A stretch of 64,000 nt of DNA, taken from positions 15,001 to 79,000 of the forward strand of contig JAZQBN010000043.1 in assembly GCA_045545795.1 (NCBI GenBank), read 5' to 3'. This document shows positions 39,086-48,114 of this stretch, piece by piece. Position 1 is the stretch's first letter; each line of letters begins with the position of its first letter. The notes beneath the pieces are model-generated. The model was not told the DNA's origin. It ran no database searches and was given only the letters and a program-made list of their open reading frames with translations. Both the position numbers and the translations under genes were made by a program. Origin of the DNA: Oscillospiraceae bacterium (GTDB lineage: Bacteria > Bacillota > Clostridia > Oscillospirales > Ruminococcaceae).

Positions 39086-39783
39086 TAAAAACAACTCCTT
39101 TTAAATAATAGGGATTAATGTACTTAGTTGTGGTTATAGTATATCACATATTTTTAAAAATTACAACACCTTTTGCGGAATTTTTTAAAATGCGGGTTTT
39201 GGGTAAATCGTAATTTAGTACACTAATTTACCTTCCACACAATAACAAAAAGCACTTGATAGCAATAGCAGGAAAAGTAACGACACAAGATAACGAAAAA
39301 ATCGGCAAAGGATAAGGGATGAAAGGGAAAAGTCGGAGCAAACCAAACGCAAGCGTATGGTTAGGGGGAGAAACCGCTAAGGGAAAAGGAAATGCCGATT
39401 TTTTGTCGGATTTTATTTGTTCCTTGTCCCTTATAGGTTTTCCCCCTCGAATAGACCCACGCAAACTATCTTTACACATAAACTACAAAAAAGAAAAACA
39501 AACTTATTTATTCTTTTTATACTTCTTTTAAAAAATATAGTTTCTACGTTGAAATACGATGGGGAACACCTTCAGGAAAGGGGGAGGACTCATCAACCGC
39601 TATGGACGCACGCCGCCCTCTCCCTCTCCTGCTAGCGCTATCAAGTTAAAATATAGTTATTTTGAAAATAAAAGTAGCTAGATAAATTACAATTTACCAA
39701 ACCTTGCACACAAAAACAAATCCGCCGCACAGGTTTTACCCTGTACGGCGAATACTCTCTCTTACCATATATAGAAATATCGT

Positions 39784-40806
39784 TTATCCTAAAATATATA
39801 CATTTACGTCACGTCTGCCCCAGCTGTAGCACTCGCTTTCTGTGTCCATATAAAGGTCAACAAGCACTCTGCCGCTTCTCATTGCTCCGCCTGTATCCTC
39901 GGCAACTGCATAGCCGTAGGTTCTTGTTCCGTCAGCTGATACAATATAAAGCTCTGTGCCGTACGGAATAACCTTAGGGTCAACTGCTACATAGCCAACC
40001 TGTGCGGTCTTGCCTGTGGAAGTGATTGCTCCTGCGGAAGCTGTATAAGCTGTTGCTTCGCCTGTAATAACATCAACATAATTTACAGGAACTCCGTTTT
40101 CGTCAAGCTCAACCTCATTGCTGTAAGGTGTCCAGCCTGTAGGGACTGCCTCGTCATAAATAGGCTCAGGCTCTTCCATTGTGCCTACTGCGATTACCTC
40201 GTCAACAGGCTGTGTGATATCCTCGTCGATGACGTCGGAGGAAACAAGCTCACCGTCCACATAAACGTGACGGAAAGTTGTTTCGACCTCGCCTTCTTCA
40301 CCGTCAACTACAGTTTCGGTATAGCCGACAAGCAGCTCGTCGTCTTCCTGATACTTTGTAGCGTATTCAATAACCTCAACCTGTACTTCTTCAACAATGT
40401 TGACACGGTTTATAATAATTTCGGTACCGCTGCCTAAGGGCTCGCTGAGACCGATATTGATAAGGTCGTCGTCACAGATTTCAACATCAGCTGCTTCAAG
40501 TGCATCCGCAACATTGCCTGCACATTTAATGCCGATATTTTTTCCGTCAACCGCAATGGTTACATCATATTCCTTTGCAGGCATTTCAAGCACGCCGGCA
40601 CTCTCACCGATTGTATAAGGTGAAGCTGTAAGTGCAACTGCAGCCTCCTGATTATTCATAACAGCCGCCGCACTGAGAGAAACCACACCCAGCACCAGAG
40701 CACCTGCGGTTGTTGATACAGTTCTGATTTTCAAGTTCTTTAAGACTTTTTTACAATTTGCCGCCATGTCATCAAGAGCAGGACGCTTACTTGCATTATT
40801 ACTCAT
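39784..40806 (-). CDS. YabE-like cell-wall protein (DUF348 + G5 + 3D/RlpA-like domains)
   Basis: N-terminal TM. G5-like VQVEVIEYATKYQEDDELLVGYTETVVDGEEGE. C-terminal 3D domain TGEATAYTA...GYVAVDPKVIPYGT...VAEDTGGAMRSGRVLVDLYM. Start at the ATG behind AAAGGAG. Confidence 0.8.
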   Translation of the reverse strand: MSNNASKRPALDDMAANCKKVLKNLKIRTVSTTAGALVLGVVSLSAAAVMNNQEAAVALTASPYTIGESAGVLEMPAKEYDVTIAVDGKNIGIKCAGNVADALEAADVEICDDDLINIGLSEPLGSGTEIIINRVNIVEEVQVEVIEYATKYQEDDELLVGYTETVVDGEEGEVETTFRHVYVDGELVSSDVIDEDITQPVDEVIAVGTMEEPEPIYDEAVPTGWTPYSNEVELDENGVPVNYVDVITGEATAYTASAGAITSTGKTAQVGYVAVDPKVIPYGTELYIVSADGTRTYGYAVAEDTGGAMRSGRVLVDLYMDTESECYSWGRRDVNVYILG

Positions 40807-40885
40807 AAAGGACTCCTTTCGGAAATTCTTGCTCAAATTCGGTTACAATGCGGTAACAAAAGTAACCGTTCAGCAACTTTTAATC

Positions 40886-40914
40886 ATTATAGTTATCACA
40901 CCGCTGTTTGTCAA
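40886..40914 (-). promoter_or_regulatory. consensus sigma-A promoter of the YabE-like gene
   Basis: Minus strand TTGACA-17 nt-TATAAT. Confidence 0.65.
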
Positions 40915-41347
40915 GGCTTTTTATCACCCCGTTTTTGTGCAACATATACAAAAACGCTGTAAAATCCTGTATATAAAAAGGAATGAAATTCCATTTAACC
41001 CGAGGACGTGCCAAAATTCACCTTTGTTTTTTAGGCAATTCCGCTAAATCGGCTTTTGGTACGGAAGCACGAATTTCCATAAAAACGAAATATTGTAAAA
41101 TTCAGTAACAACAGTTGACAATTTCTGTGGGGTTTTTAACACTTACGACTTTTTGTTTCGGCACATTCAACAAATTCGGCTCATATTTTTCTACGCTTTT
41201 TGGTGTGAAATCTTTCGTATTATATCCGCAAACCAAGAAAAAACCTTGATATTTACCGCATAATCCGATAAAAAACTATTTACTATTTCGTAAATATATA
41301 TTATAATAGTATGGGAAAACAAATTCAATTTCAGAAAGGAATTTACT

Positions 41348-41521
41348 ATGGAAAACAATATCGAAAAAAGAAACGAGTCCGTTGAAATGATTAAAACAAC
41401 CATCGCTGTCTGTGCGGCACTGGTGCTTTTCCTTGCCTCCGCAGGCTTCATCGTGTACAAATCCGTTTCCGCCTACCGCCACAATGAGCGCTGGAAGGAC
41501 TACGACGAATGCGGAATATGA
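41348..41521 (+). CDS. small (57 aa) single-TM protein, below the ORF-track cutoff
   Basis: Hand translation gives MENNIEKRNESVEMIKTTIAVCAALVLFLASAGFIVYKSVSAYRHNERWKDYDECGI*. AAAGGA lies upstream. Followed by the hairpin CAGCGGA-ttttg-TCCGCTG. Confidence 0.45.
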   Translation: MENNIEKRNESVEMIKTTIAVCAALVLFLASAGFIVYKSVSAYRHNERWKDYDECGI

Positions 41522-41542
41522 GCAGCGGATTTTGTCCGCTGA

Positions 41543-41674
41543 GTGAATAATGAATATTGAATAATGAAAAATGAATAAATAATGTGTCCTCCGTTGGCGG
41601 ACGAATTTTAAATTTGTCGGCACAGCCGACACCATATTTATTCACTATTCACTATTCATTCTTCATTATTCATT
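41543..41674. repeat. full copy of the composite palindromic repeat
   Basis: Left arm GTGAATAATGAATATTGAATAATGAAAAATGAATAAATAATG, then hairpins GTCC...GGAC and GTCGGC-aca-GCCGAC, then right arm ACCATATTTATTCACTATTCACTATTCATTCTTCATTATTCATT. Confidence 0.75.
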
Positions 41675-41724
41675 AGGAAATTTGATTTATCAAATTTACA
41701 ATACGAAAGGATACTATTATATAG

Positions 41725-42885
41725 ATGTTTTTATATAACGCTGAAATCTATCCGCAGGGCAAAAATGCTCAGGCTATCCCTTGCGGATACATTTATATTG
41801 AGGACGGCAAAATTGCCAACGTTGCCGCAGGTACTCCTCTGAAAGTTACCGACGGGGATATCGACCTGCACGGTCTGCGTGTTTACCCGGGCTTTATCGA
41901 CATTCATACCCATATGGGTCTTATCGGCGATGGTCAGGGTGCTGAGGGCGAGGACGTAAACGAAGACAGCGACCCTATCACCCCTCATCTGCGTACCATT
42001 GACGGTCTGTGCTTTACTGACGGCTATTTTGCTGACGCTGTAAAGGCAGGAGTAACAGCCTGCGTGACGGGTGTGGGCTCAACAAATCCAATCGGCGGCG
42101 ACCTTATTGCCGTGCACACAAGCGGCAGATGTGCCGATGAAATGCTTATAAAGCGTGTGGGAATTAAATTTGCCCTCGGTGAAAATCCGAAGTCAACCTT
42201 TGCCGACAGGGACACCGCCCCCATTACCCGAATGGCAACCGCCGCACTTATCCGTGAGGCTCTTTACAAGGCAAAGCGTTACGCTCAGGACAAGTCTGAC
42301 GCTGAGGAAAATGACGAGTCAATGCCTGAGTATGACATAAAATCCGAGGCACTTATTTCGCTGCTCAACCGTGAAATCAAGGCACATTTTCATTGTCACC
42401 GTGCCGATGACATTATGACAGCGGCACGAATTGCCGAAGAATTCAACCTTGACTATGTTTTAATCCATTGCACCGAGGGGCACAAGGTAGCCGATCTGCT
42501 GGGCGAAAAGGGTGCATCGGCAGTTGTAGGACCAATCATCTGCGACAGGGGAAAGCCCGAGCTTGCGGGACTGACCGTCGCAAACGCAGGTGTACTATAT
42601 AATAATGGGGTAGACGTTGCAATCTGCACCGACCACCCCGAAGTGCCGATACAGTACCTTCCTGCAAGTGCGGCATTCTGCGTAAAGGAAGGCTTGCCAA
42701 AGGAAGCGGCAGTCCGTGCCGTAACATCGACAGCGGCAAAAATCGCAGGCATCGACAGCCTTGTGGGTGACATCAAGGTTGGACAGATTGCCGACCTTAC
42801 CGTTACAGACGGCGACCCGCTGGAGATTATGACCAACGTAAAAATGACAATCATCGCAGGTAAGGTTGTTTACAGTAAATTATAA
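41725..42885 (+). CDS. metal-dependent amidohydrolase family protein
   Basis: 386 aa with PGFIDIHTHMG (HxH metal motif) and a C-terminal GSIEVG-like ...VGDIKVGQIADL.... Confidence 0.8.
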   Translation: MFLYNAEIYPQGKNAQAIPCGYIYIEDGKIANVAAGTPLKVTDGDIDLHGLRVYPGFIDIHTHMGLIGDGQGAEGEDVNEDSDPITPHLRTIDGLCFTDGYFADAVKAGVTACVTGVGSTNPIGGDLIAVHTSGRCADEMLIKRVGIKFALGENPKSTFADRDTAPITRMATAALIREALYKAKRYAQDKSDAEENDESMPEYDIKSEALISLLNREIKAHFHCHRADDIMTAARIAEEFNLDYVLIHCTEGHKVADLLGEKGASAVVGPIICDRGKPELAGLTVANAGVLYNNGVDVAICTDHPEVPIQYLPASAAFCVKEGLPKEAAVRAVTSTAAKIAGIDSLVGDIKVGQIADLTVTDGDPLEIMTNVKMTIIAGKVVYSKL

Positions 42886-42890
42886 TTTAT

Positions 42891-43004
42891 AGAGTTAGGA
42901 GTGTTGAAAACGAACAAGTTCGTATAGTGGAGTGTGGAGTTGTTGTGTAAACTATGGTTCTCTTTAACTCCTCACTCCACTCTCCTAACTCCTAACTCAA
43001 CGAT
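42891..43004. mobile_element. MITE-like 114-bp insert with 11-bp terminal inverted repeats, flanked by a 14-bp direct repeat
   Basis: Direct repeats AAATTATAATTTAT at 42877-42890 and 43005-43018. TIR GAGTTAGGAGT (42893-42903) pairs with ACTCCTAACTC (42988-42998). Confidence 0.5.
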
Positions 43005-43047
43005 AAATTATAATTTATCTGACTATTCCATAAGAAAGGACATTATT

Positions 43048-43890
43048 ATGCGTGAAATAAACGTAACAGAAATAGAAAATACCGTCCGTGACCTGTGTAT
43101 TCAGGCAAACCGCTTTCTCCCGAAGTCCCTTGTGGACTGCATCGGCTGTTCGGTAAGCTGCGAAAAATCTCCCACGGGCAGGGAAGTCCTTGCTGACCTG
43201 ATGAAAAACATCGAGGCTGCTGAAACCGAGGAACTTGCTGTCTGTCAGGACACGGGTATGGCTGTTATCTTCCTTGACATCGGTCAGGACGTGCACTTTA
43301 TCGGCGGCTCTCTTTACGAAGCTATCAACAAGGGCGTGTCCCGTGGCTACACTGAGGGATATCTCCGCTGTTCAATCGTGTCCGACCCCATTGAGCGTGT
43401 CAACACGGGGGACAACACCCCTGCTGTGATACACACCCGAATTGTGGACGGCGACAAGGTGTCAATCTCCGTTTGCCCGAAAGGCTTCGGCAGCGAGAAT
43501 ATGTCGAAAATGAAGATGTTCACCCCTTCCGCAACTATCGAGGAAATCGAGAATTTTGTCGTTGAGGTTGTCTCCGTTGCAGGCAGCAACCCCTGTCCGC
43601 CGATGGTTGTAGGCGTAGGCATAGGCGGCGATTTTGAGCACTGTGCTTACCTTGCAAAGAAGGCTCTCTGCCGTGACGTTGCAGAAAAAAATCCTAAGCA
43701 GCTTTACGCAGATATGGAGAAAAACATCCTCGCCAAATCCAACAAGCTTGGTATCGGTCCTCAAGGCTTCGGCGGAACAACCACCGTTCTCAGCGTCGCT
43801 ATCGAGCAAGCACCCACTCACATCGCAGGTCTCCCCATAGCCGTAAACATCGGCTGCCACGTCACAAGACACGCTCACAAGGTACTTTGA
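43048..43890 (+). CDS. Fe-S type hydro-lyase alpha subunit (class I fumarate hydratase / tartrate dehydratase alpha chain)
   Basis: MREINVTEIENTVRDLCIQAN...CQDTGMAVIFLDIGQDV...CPKGFGSENMS...GVGIGG. No beta-subunit ORF follows. Confidence 0.8.
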   Translation: MREINVTEIENTVRDLCIQANRFLPKSLVDCIGCSVSCEKSPTGREVLADLMKNIEAAETEELAVCQDTGMAVIFLDIGQDVHFIGGSLYEAINKGVSRGYTEGYLRCSIVSDPIERVNTGDNTPAVIHTRIVDGDKVSISVCPKGFGSENMSKMKMFTPSATIEEIENFVVEVVSVAGSNPCPPMVVGVGIGGDFEHCAYLAKKALCRDVAEKNPKQLYADMEKNILAKSNKLGIGPQGFGGTTTVLSVAIEQAPTHIAGLPIAVNIGCHVTRHAHKVL

Positions 43891-44102
43891 TTTGCAGAAG
43901 TTTTTCGGTAACCCCACTGGGGAAAACCTTTCTGAAGAAAGGTTATTCCCCAGACCCCTTTCCAAAGACTTTTAGTCTAAAATACCCATATATGGCATAA
44001 AGCCATATATGGGTATTTTACATTATAAGCATCAGAGAGTTTGAGAAAAACTTACTCAAAAGCTTCCCCAATGGATTACGGATAATCTTCCTGCAAAACA
44101 AA

Positions 44103-44131
44103 AGCACCCCTTGCGAGGTGCTTTTTATTTT
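44103..44131. terminator. bidirectional terminator
   Basis: AGCACC-loop-GGTGCT with T-runs on both strands. Confidence 0.6.
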
Positions 44132-44137
44132 TCAGAT

Positions 44138-44332
44138 TTATGCTCTTACATCAAGGATACTGCCCTTTGCACCGGGGAACTTAGGAACGGCGTCCATCAT
44201 TTCGATAAGATTCTGAGCCATAGCTTCTGTTGTTTCCATTGACTTCTTGGTCATAGCAGTATTGATGTTCATCTGAAGCTTAGAGCCGCTCATACTTGTT
44301 GACAGCTGAGCGATTGAAGTCATCATATCCAT
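44138..44332 (-). CDS. YjfB-family putative motility protein
   Basis: 64 aa. ...IAQLSTSMSGSKLQMNINTAMTKKSMETTEAMAQNLIEMM... is typical of the YjfB family. Confidence 0.7.
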   Translation of the reverse strand: MDMMTSIAQLSTSMSGSKLQMNINTAMTKKSMETTEAMAQNLIEMMDAVPKFPGAKGSILDVRA

Positions 44333-44384
44333 AATGACATCCCCTTTCTGAAAAATTTATTTCCAAACGATTTCCTTGCAGAAA

Positions 44385-45389
44385 TTATTCAGACATAGTC
44401 TTGATTTCGCCGAGAAGCTCAGCAAAGCTGTTAAGGTCGCTGATACACTTGTCAACAACTTCCTTAGTGCTGTCAACCTTCTCGTTCATACCCTGTGAGT
44501 AATCACCGATATGCTGCATAGTCTTTTCAATCTTATCAGCGGAAACCTTACTTGTTTCAGCAAGGTTACGGACTTCCTGAGCGATTACGCCGAAGCCCTT
44601 GCCGCTTTCCTTAGCTCTTGAAGCTTCGATGGAAGCGTTGAAGCCGAGAATTTTAGTGTTGAGTGCGATATCCTGAATAACCTTTACAGTGCCCTTTGTG
44701 GAAGCAACCTCAGCGGCTGTATCCTCAGCAATCTTGTTTACGCTTTCGAAAGCATCTGCAAGAGTATTGATACGCTTAACAGTATCACCGACAAGGCTCT
44801 CAGCCTCTGCAACCTTGCTCATTACGGAGCGGTTGATGGAAGCAAGACCTGTGTTGGACTGGTTAGCCATATAATTGCTGTAAGCAGTCTGAGAAAGAAC
44901 CTTGGCAATTGTGCAAAGGAAGTCAGCAGCAAGGTCAATCTGCTTCTTTTCAACAATCTTAACCTTTCTGAGAGCTCTTATGTACTCATCAGGATTGATA
45001 TCAAGCTCCTTGGCAATTTTACGGAACTCGTTTTCGTCAGGCTTTTCGGTAAGCACCTGACCGCCGATGAAAGAGCCGATGAACTGACCGTTAACCATAA
45101 TCGGTGCAGCGAAGTCAACAAGACCTGCGTGGCAGAAGTAAGCGGAAGCACGTCCTGTACGCATAGTCTGCTCACCGCCGGACTTATCGCAGTTTTCACA
45201 TCTTGCACAGCCGAGACGGGACTGTCTTGTGTAGTTCATACAAAAATCAGTAAAATTACTTCCCTGTGTAACAGCGTTGCCGTCAGCGTCGGTAGTAAGC
45301 GCAGCCATACCTGTAAGGTTTGCAAAGCCATCCTGAATTTCCTGCAGGGTAGCAACATCTATCAAATCAGTAAGTCTAATATCAGCCAT
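44385..45389 (-). CDS. soluble PocR-domain methyl-accepting chemotaxis protein
   Basis: N-terminal PocR-like sensor (LQEIQDGFANLTGMAALTTDADG...FCHAGLVDFAAPI). C-terminal MCP hairpin tip LNTKILGFNASIEASRAKESGKGFGVIAQEVRNLAE. No TM segment. Confidence 0.8.
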   Translation of the reverse strand: MADIRLTDLIDVATLQEIQDGFANLTGMAALTTDADGNAVTQGSNFTDFCMNYTRQSRLGCARCENCDKSGGEQTMRTGRASAYFCHAGLVDFAAPIMVNGQFIGSFIGGQVLTEKPDENEFRKIAKELDINPDEYIRALRKVKIVEKKQIDLAADFLCTIAKVLSQTAYSNYMANQSNTGLASINRSVMSKVAEAESLVGDTVKRINTLADAFESVNKIAEDTAAEVASTKGTVKVIQDIALNTKILGFNASIEASRAKESGKGFGVIAQEVRNLAETSKVSADKIEKTMQHIGDYSQGMNEKVDSTKEVVDKCISDLNSFAELLGEIKTMSE

Positions 45390-45556
45390 AACAAAAACTC
45401 CGTTCTCCATATATGGAAAAATTGGGTATAGTACACCTATACCTTTACACTATTAGGATACACTATTTGCTATGATTTGTCAAGAAAAATCGCCCTTGTC
45501 AAGAAAAATATGTTAAATCTGCACATAAATTGACACGATTTACTGTACGCCAAACC

Positions 45557-46216
45557 TTATTTTACGTTCAGCACGGCTTCCGCAAGCTGCAAAGGCGTGT
45601 CAAAGACGTACTCCGCACCTGCATTTTCAAGCTCATTTTCCTCAGCGTAGCCATATTTCACACCTGCCGAGGCGATGCCGCAAAGCTTTGCACCCTCAAC
45701 ATCGTGCTTTCTGTCACCAATCATCAGCACCGTGCCCTTGTCGGGATTTCCCAGCCTTTTCAGACATTCCGCAATAACCTCAGCCTTTGCATTTCTCTCG
45801 CCGCTCAATTCCGCACCCGTCACAACCTCGAAATACTTGGCAAGGTCAAAATAATCAAGTATACGCAAGGCAAAAACCTCAGGCTTTGAGGTTGCCACAG
45901 CAAGCCGCTTGCCGCCGTTTTTCAGCAGCTCCAGCGCTTCGGGAATTCCCTCATAAACACGGTTTTCGAAAATGCCCTTCACAGGGTAACGCTCACGGTA
46001 AGCCGCAACCGCCTTCATAGCGTCCTCACGGCTTAAACCGTAGAAATCCATAAACGAGTCCACAAGCGGCGGACCGATAAAGCGGAGCAGCTTGTTCCTG
46101 TCGGGCTCAACAATGCCCATCACATTGAGAGCGTGCTCCGCACAGTTCATAATCCCCTCAGCCGAGTCAGTGAGAGTACCGTCAAGGTCAAAAAGGAGAA
46201 TATCGAAATTTTTCAT
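45557..46216 (-). CDS. HAD-superfamily hydrolase (phosphoglycolate phosphatase-like)
   Basis: MKNFDILLFDLDGTLTDS (DxDGT motif) and ...VLMIGDRKHDVEGA. Confidence 0.85.
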   Translation of the reverse strand: MKNFDILLFDLDGTLTDSAEGIMNCAEHALNVMGIVEPDRNKLLRFIGPPLVDSFMDFYGLSREDAMKAVAAYRERYPVKGIFENRVYEGIPEALELLKNGGKRLAVATSKPEVFALRILDYFDLAKYFEVVTGAELSGERNAKAEVIAECLKRLGNPDKGTVLMIGDRKHDVEGAKLCGIASAGVKYGYAEENELENAGAEYVFDTPLQLAEAVLNVK

Positions 46217-46359
46217 AGTAATCTTCCTTAAATAATAATTTACAAACATAGCTGCAACAAAAAATATTGGGTTTCCAAAGGGGAAAAGAGTTCCGCTTCC
46301 CCTTGTATGGTTTACACAAAAGCCTTCATTCAATTATTCTATATACATTTTTGAAGCCA

Positions 46360-46896
46360 TCACTTATTTCGTCTAATGCTTTCGTGAATTTTCGTTAAAG
46401 ATGAAACATCCAATTCACAAATACATTTTGCAATATTTGCTATCCGTGCTTCATATTCTGCACATTCATTTCGTTGCAAGTAAAATTCTGCTGACTCAAA
46501 ACACAATTTAATTATTGCTGTTATATTTCGGTTATCCTTTGTTCCTATGTATGCAAATGTATGCATAATTTCACAAGTAATATTTACACACTCATCAAAG
46601 TAGTCATTATTCTCAAGCTGTAAATTTTCTAAAAAGTCATTACATTCTTGTATATACTTGTCACAATCAAGTTCTGACAAATTAAATCTATTTAATAAAA
46701 TTGCCAAATACGCATTATAACATAATTCAAATTTGTCAGCACTTACATTATTGGCTTTACAATAATTATTAAAATTATAAAATTCAATCATACAAACCGA
46801 AAGTGCGAAATCTATATTTTGTTCATAGCTTTGCAAAGCAACTTTATTTTCAACATTTTTTATAAACTCATTAAAATCAAATTTATCATTTTGCAT
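46360..46896 (-). CDS. hypothetical all-helical protein in an AT-rich single-gene islet
   Basis: 178 aa, no recognisable motif, Asn/Phe/Cys-rich. Composition is clearly AT-richer than the flanking genes. Confidence 0.5.
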   Translation of the reverse strand: MQNDKFDFNEFIKNVENKVALQSYEQNIDFALSVCMIEFYNFNNYCKANNVSADKFELCYNAYLAILLNRFNLSELDCDKYIQECNDFLENLQLENNDYFDECVNITCEIMHTFAYIGTKDNRNITAIIKLCFESAEFYLQRNECAEYEARIANIAKCICELDVSSLTKIHESIRRNK

Positions 46897-47073
46897 TATT
46901 AACAAATCCTTTCATCATTTCGTTGGACGAAACTTTCCCTCTGCCGAGTTTACTGGGTTTCCAAAATAATTGCGAATTACGCATTACGAATTACGCATTT
47001 CGCATTAAACCGCAACAACCCCCAATCCGTGCATTGCGACGGACAAGGGGTTGATTGTTCTTATTATTTCAAA

Positions 47074-48036
47074 TCAGGTATTGAAAAGCGGAGAAACAGG
47101 CTTATCTGCGTAAATTCTCTGGATTGCCTGTGCGAATACAGGTGCAACAGGGAGTGTTGTAATCTTGTCAATCTGCTTTTCCTTAGGAAGTGCGATTGTA
47201 TCGAGAAGTACAAGCTCCTTGATTACGCTGTTTTGAATTCTTTCGATAGCAGGACCTGAAAGTACGCCGTGTGTTGCGCAAGCGTAAACTTCCTTTGCAC
47301 CGCCGATTTCGATGATTGCCTTAGCGGCGTTGCAGAGTGTACCTGCTGTGTCAATCATATCGTCAACGAGAACAACGCTCTTGTCTCTTACGTCACCGAT
47401 AATGTTCATTACCTCACAAACGTTAGCCTTCTGACGACGCTTGTCAACGATTGCAAATGGTACGCCGAGACGCTGTGCGAAATTTCTTGCTCTTGTTACA
47501 GAGCCGAGGTCAGGGGATACAACCATTACGTCGTCCTTATTATCCTTGAACTTTTCAACGAAGTATGGTGCAAGAATAGGCACGCCGAGAAGGTGGTCAA
47601 CAGGGATATCAAAGAAGCCCTGAATCTGTGGGCAGTGGAGGTCCATAGAGAGGACTCTGTCTGCACCTGCTGCTGTGATAAGGTCAGCAACGAGCTTTGC
47701 GGAAATCGGGTCTCTTGCCTTAGCCTTTCTGTCCTGACGAGCATAGCCCATATAAGGAATAACAGCTGTGATGCGGCCTGCGGAAGCTCTCTTGAATGCG
47801 TCAATCATAATGAGGAGCTCCATAAGGTGGTCGTTTACAGGTGAGCTTGTGGACTGTACAACGAAAACGTCGGAGCCACGAACGGATTCCTGAATGGAAA
47901 CGGAAACCTCACCGTCGGAGAAGGTCACAACCTCGGACTGTCCAACAGGAAGACCAAGATTCTGTGCGATTTCAGCAGCAACCTTAGGGTTGGAGTTTGC
48001 GGTAAAAATTTTAATATCCTTGCCGTGCAGATTCAT
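47074..48036 (-). CDS. prs: ribose-phosphate pyrophosphokinase
   Basis: ...IKIFTANSNPKVAAEIA..., VVSPDLGSVTRARNFA and VLVDDMIDTAGT. Confidence 0.95.
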   Translation of the reverse strand: MNLHGKDIKIFTANSNPKVAAEIAQNLGLPVGQSEVVTFSDGEVSVSIQESVRGSDVFVVQSTSSPVNDHLMELLIMIDAFKRASAGRITAVIPYMGYARQDRKAKARDPISAKLVADLITAAGADRVLSMDLHCPQIQGFFDIPVDHLLGVPILAPYFVEKFKDNKDDVMVVSPDLGSVTRARNFAQRLGVPFAIVDKRRQKANVCEVMNIIGDVRDKSVVLVDDMIDTAGTLCNAAKAIIEIGGAKEVYACATHGVLSGPAIERIQNSVIKELVLLDTIALPKEKQIDKITTLPVAPVFAQAIQRIYADKPVSPLFNT

Positions 48037-48114
48037 TTTAAAAAATCCCCTTTACAAAATTTATACTATAATTATTTTAATTGCAAATTGTCTTTGCAAA
48101 TTATGCCGTTGTTA

